A stretch of DNA of 63,128 nt, counting the filler, from Octopus bimaculoides (Eukaryota), in NCBI RefSeq assembly GCF_001194135.2. It is 5 parts of 5 records of this genome, joined end to end, with 100 filler letters (N's around TTAATTAATTAA, not from the genome) between each part and the next. Parts side by side here need not be neighbours in the genome. Positions count along the whole stretch, not along the records: positions 61,418 to 63,128 come from NC_068985.1; 4 more parts are not named here. One strand, written 5' to 3'. Of the stretch, positions 62,216 through 63,128 are shown piece after piece. The translations under genes and the position numbers were made by a program. Each line of letters opens with the position of its first letter. Position 1 is the first letter of the stretch. A model generated the notes under the pieces. The model saw only the letters and a program-made list of their open reading frames with translations, ran no database searches and was not told the origin of the DNA.

Positions 62216-63128
62216 TGCACTTTCACATACATACACTCACTTTCTCTCTCTCACACACATACGTGTATGTGCGCGTGTGCACACACACACACCTGCTTCT
62301 CATTACTTGATTACAATGAGTTTACATTACCAGCAATTTAAACGAGGGTCAACATAGCAAGTGACTAATGCTAAAGAGAACACTACTTCTGGATAACAAA
62401 TGGTGGCCTAGATATACCAGGGAGGCATTACAAAACCTACATAATTAACTATTTTGTCACAAACTATGCAGATTGTAATTTAGTTGTACCCCATTTTCTA
62501 AGCAGCAGAAATAGGCTTTAATCACCTACACCAACCAATAACTAATTAGTAATATATTTTATTTTCCCTTGTATTCTTGACTAGAAGACCTAACTGCCAC
62601 TTTTCAGCTGGGCTTCACACTGAAAGCATTTATTAGATTTTCATCACAACACACATTGTGTACTTTTCTTCTACCTAGAGTAAAGAATCTTGATTTATTA
62701 AGACTACACACCCACTCACATGCGTATATATGTGAACACACATACACACACTCTTAGCACTTTGTTTGACTAAAGGCAGTGCTCCAGCATGGCCATAGTC
62801 AGACGACTGAAACAAGCAAAAGAATAAAAGAATAGCAGTTGACTGCCTCCCTTAACTAATAGACAGGAGATTACACTGCATAGTAATCAATAGAGTTATT
62901 GTTTACAAAACTAGCATGCTTGTTTGTATTATGTCAAATCATTTTAAAAGATGACCTTTATATATCTATTTCAATACAGAAGACGCTTATGTTTTAAGAT
63001 AAGCTTAACAGAAAATAAACAATATCATGATCAAGGCCACATCAAAACAACATTTAAAAACATTTGAACAATATCAAGCAGTTAGTAACAGATGGCATGC
63101 TAAGAGGATATATATATATATATATATA

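Overview
This is repeat-dense, AT-rich eukaryotic genomic DNA with many N gaps. It is most likely an Octopus draft scaffold, inferred from the tRNA-derived SINE families and the extreme microsatellite load. Four ~100-bp gaps with a central TTAATTAATTAA linker (~26076, ~45202, ~53344, ~61362) split the window into five separately assembled blocks. Only one protein-coding exon is confidently recognised: a 119-nt minus-strand clathrin heavy chain exon (50936-51054). A few weaker candidate exons of an unidentified gene lie at 28-42 kb. The rest is decayed mobile DNA: three SINE families, a mariner relic, Tx1/L1, RTE, CR1-like and R4/Dong LINE fragments, and an 8-bp-TSD MITE. Four observations stand out. 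(1) Palindromic elements carry a type I hammerhead-ribozyme motif in each arm (44915-45133, with a more degraded analogue at 4455-4650). (2) A MITE copy has captured 196 bp of LINE sequence flanking a sibling insertion 13 kb away and carries an extra outer TIR (23050-23867 vs 9769-11128). (3) A SINE's target site was amplified into a 4-copy minisatellite. (4) An ORF1-only Tx1 derivative has a 3' end resembling the tail of a SINE that inserted into another SINE's head. All alignments and foldings were done by eye; no searches were run.
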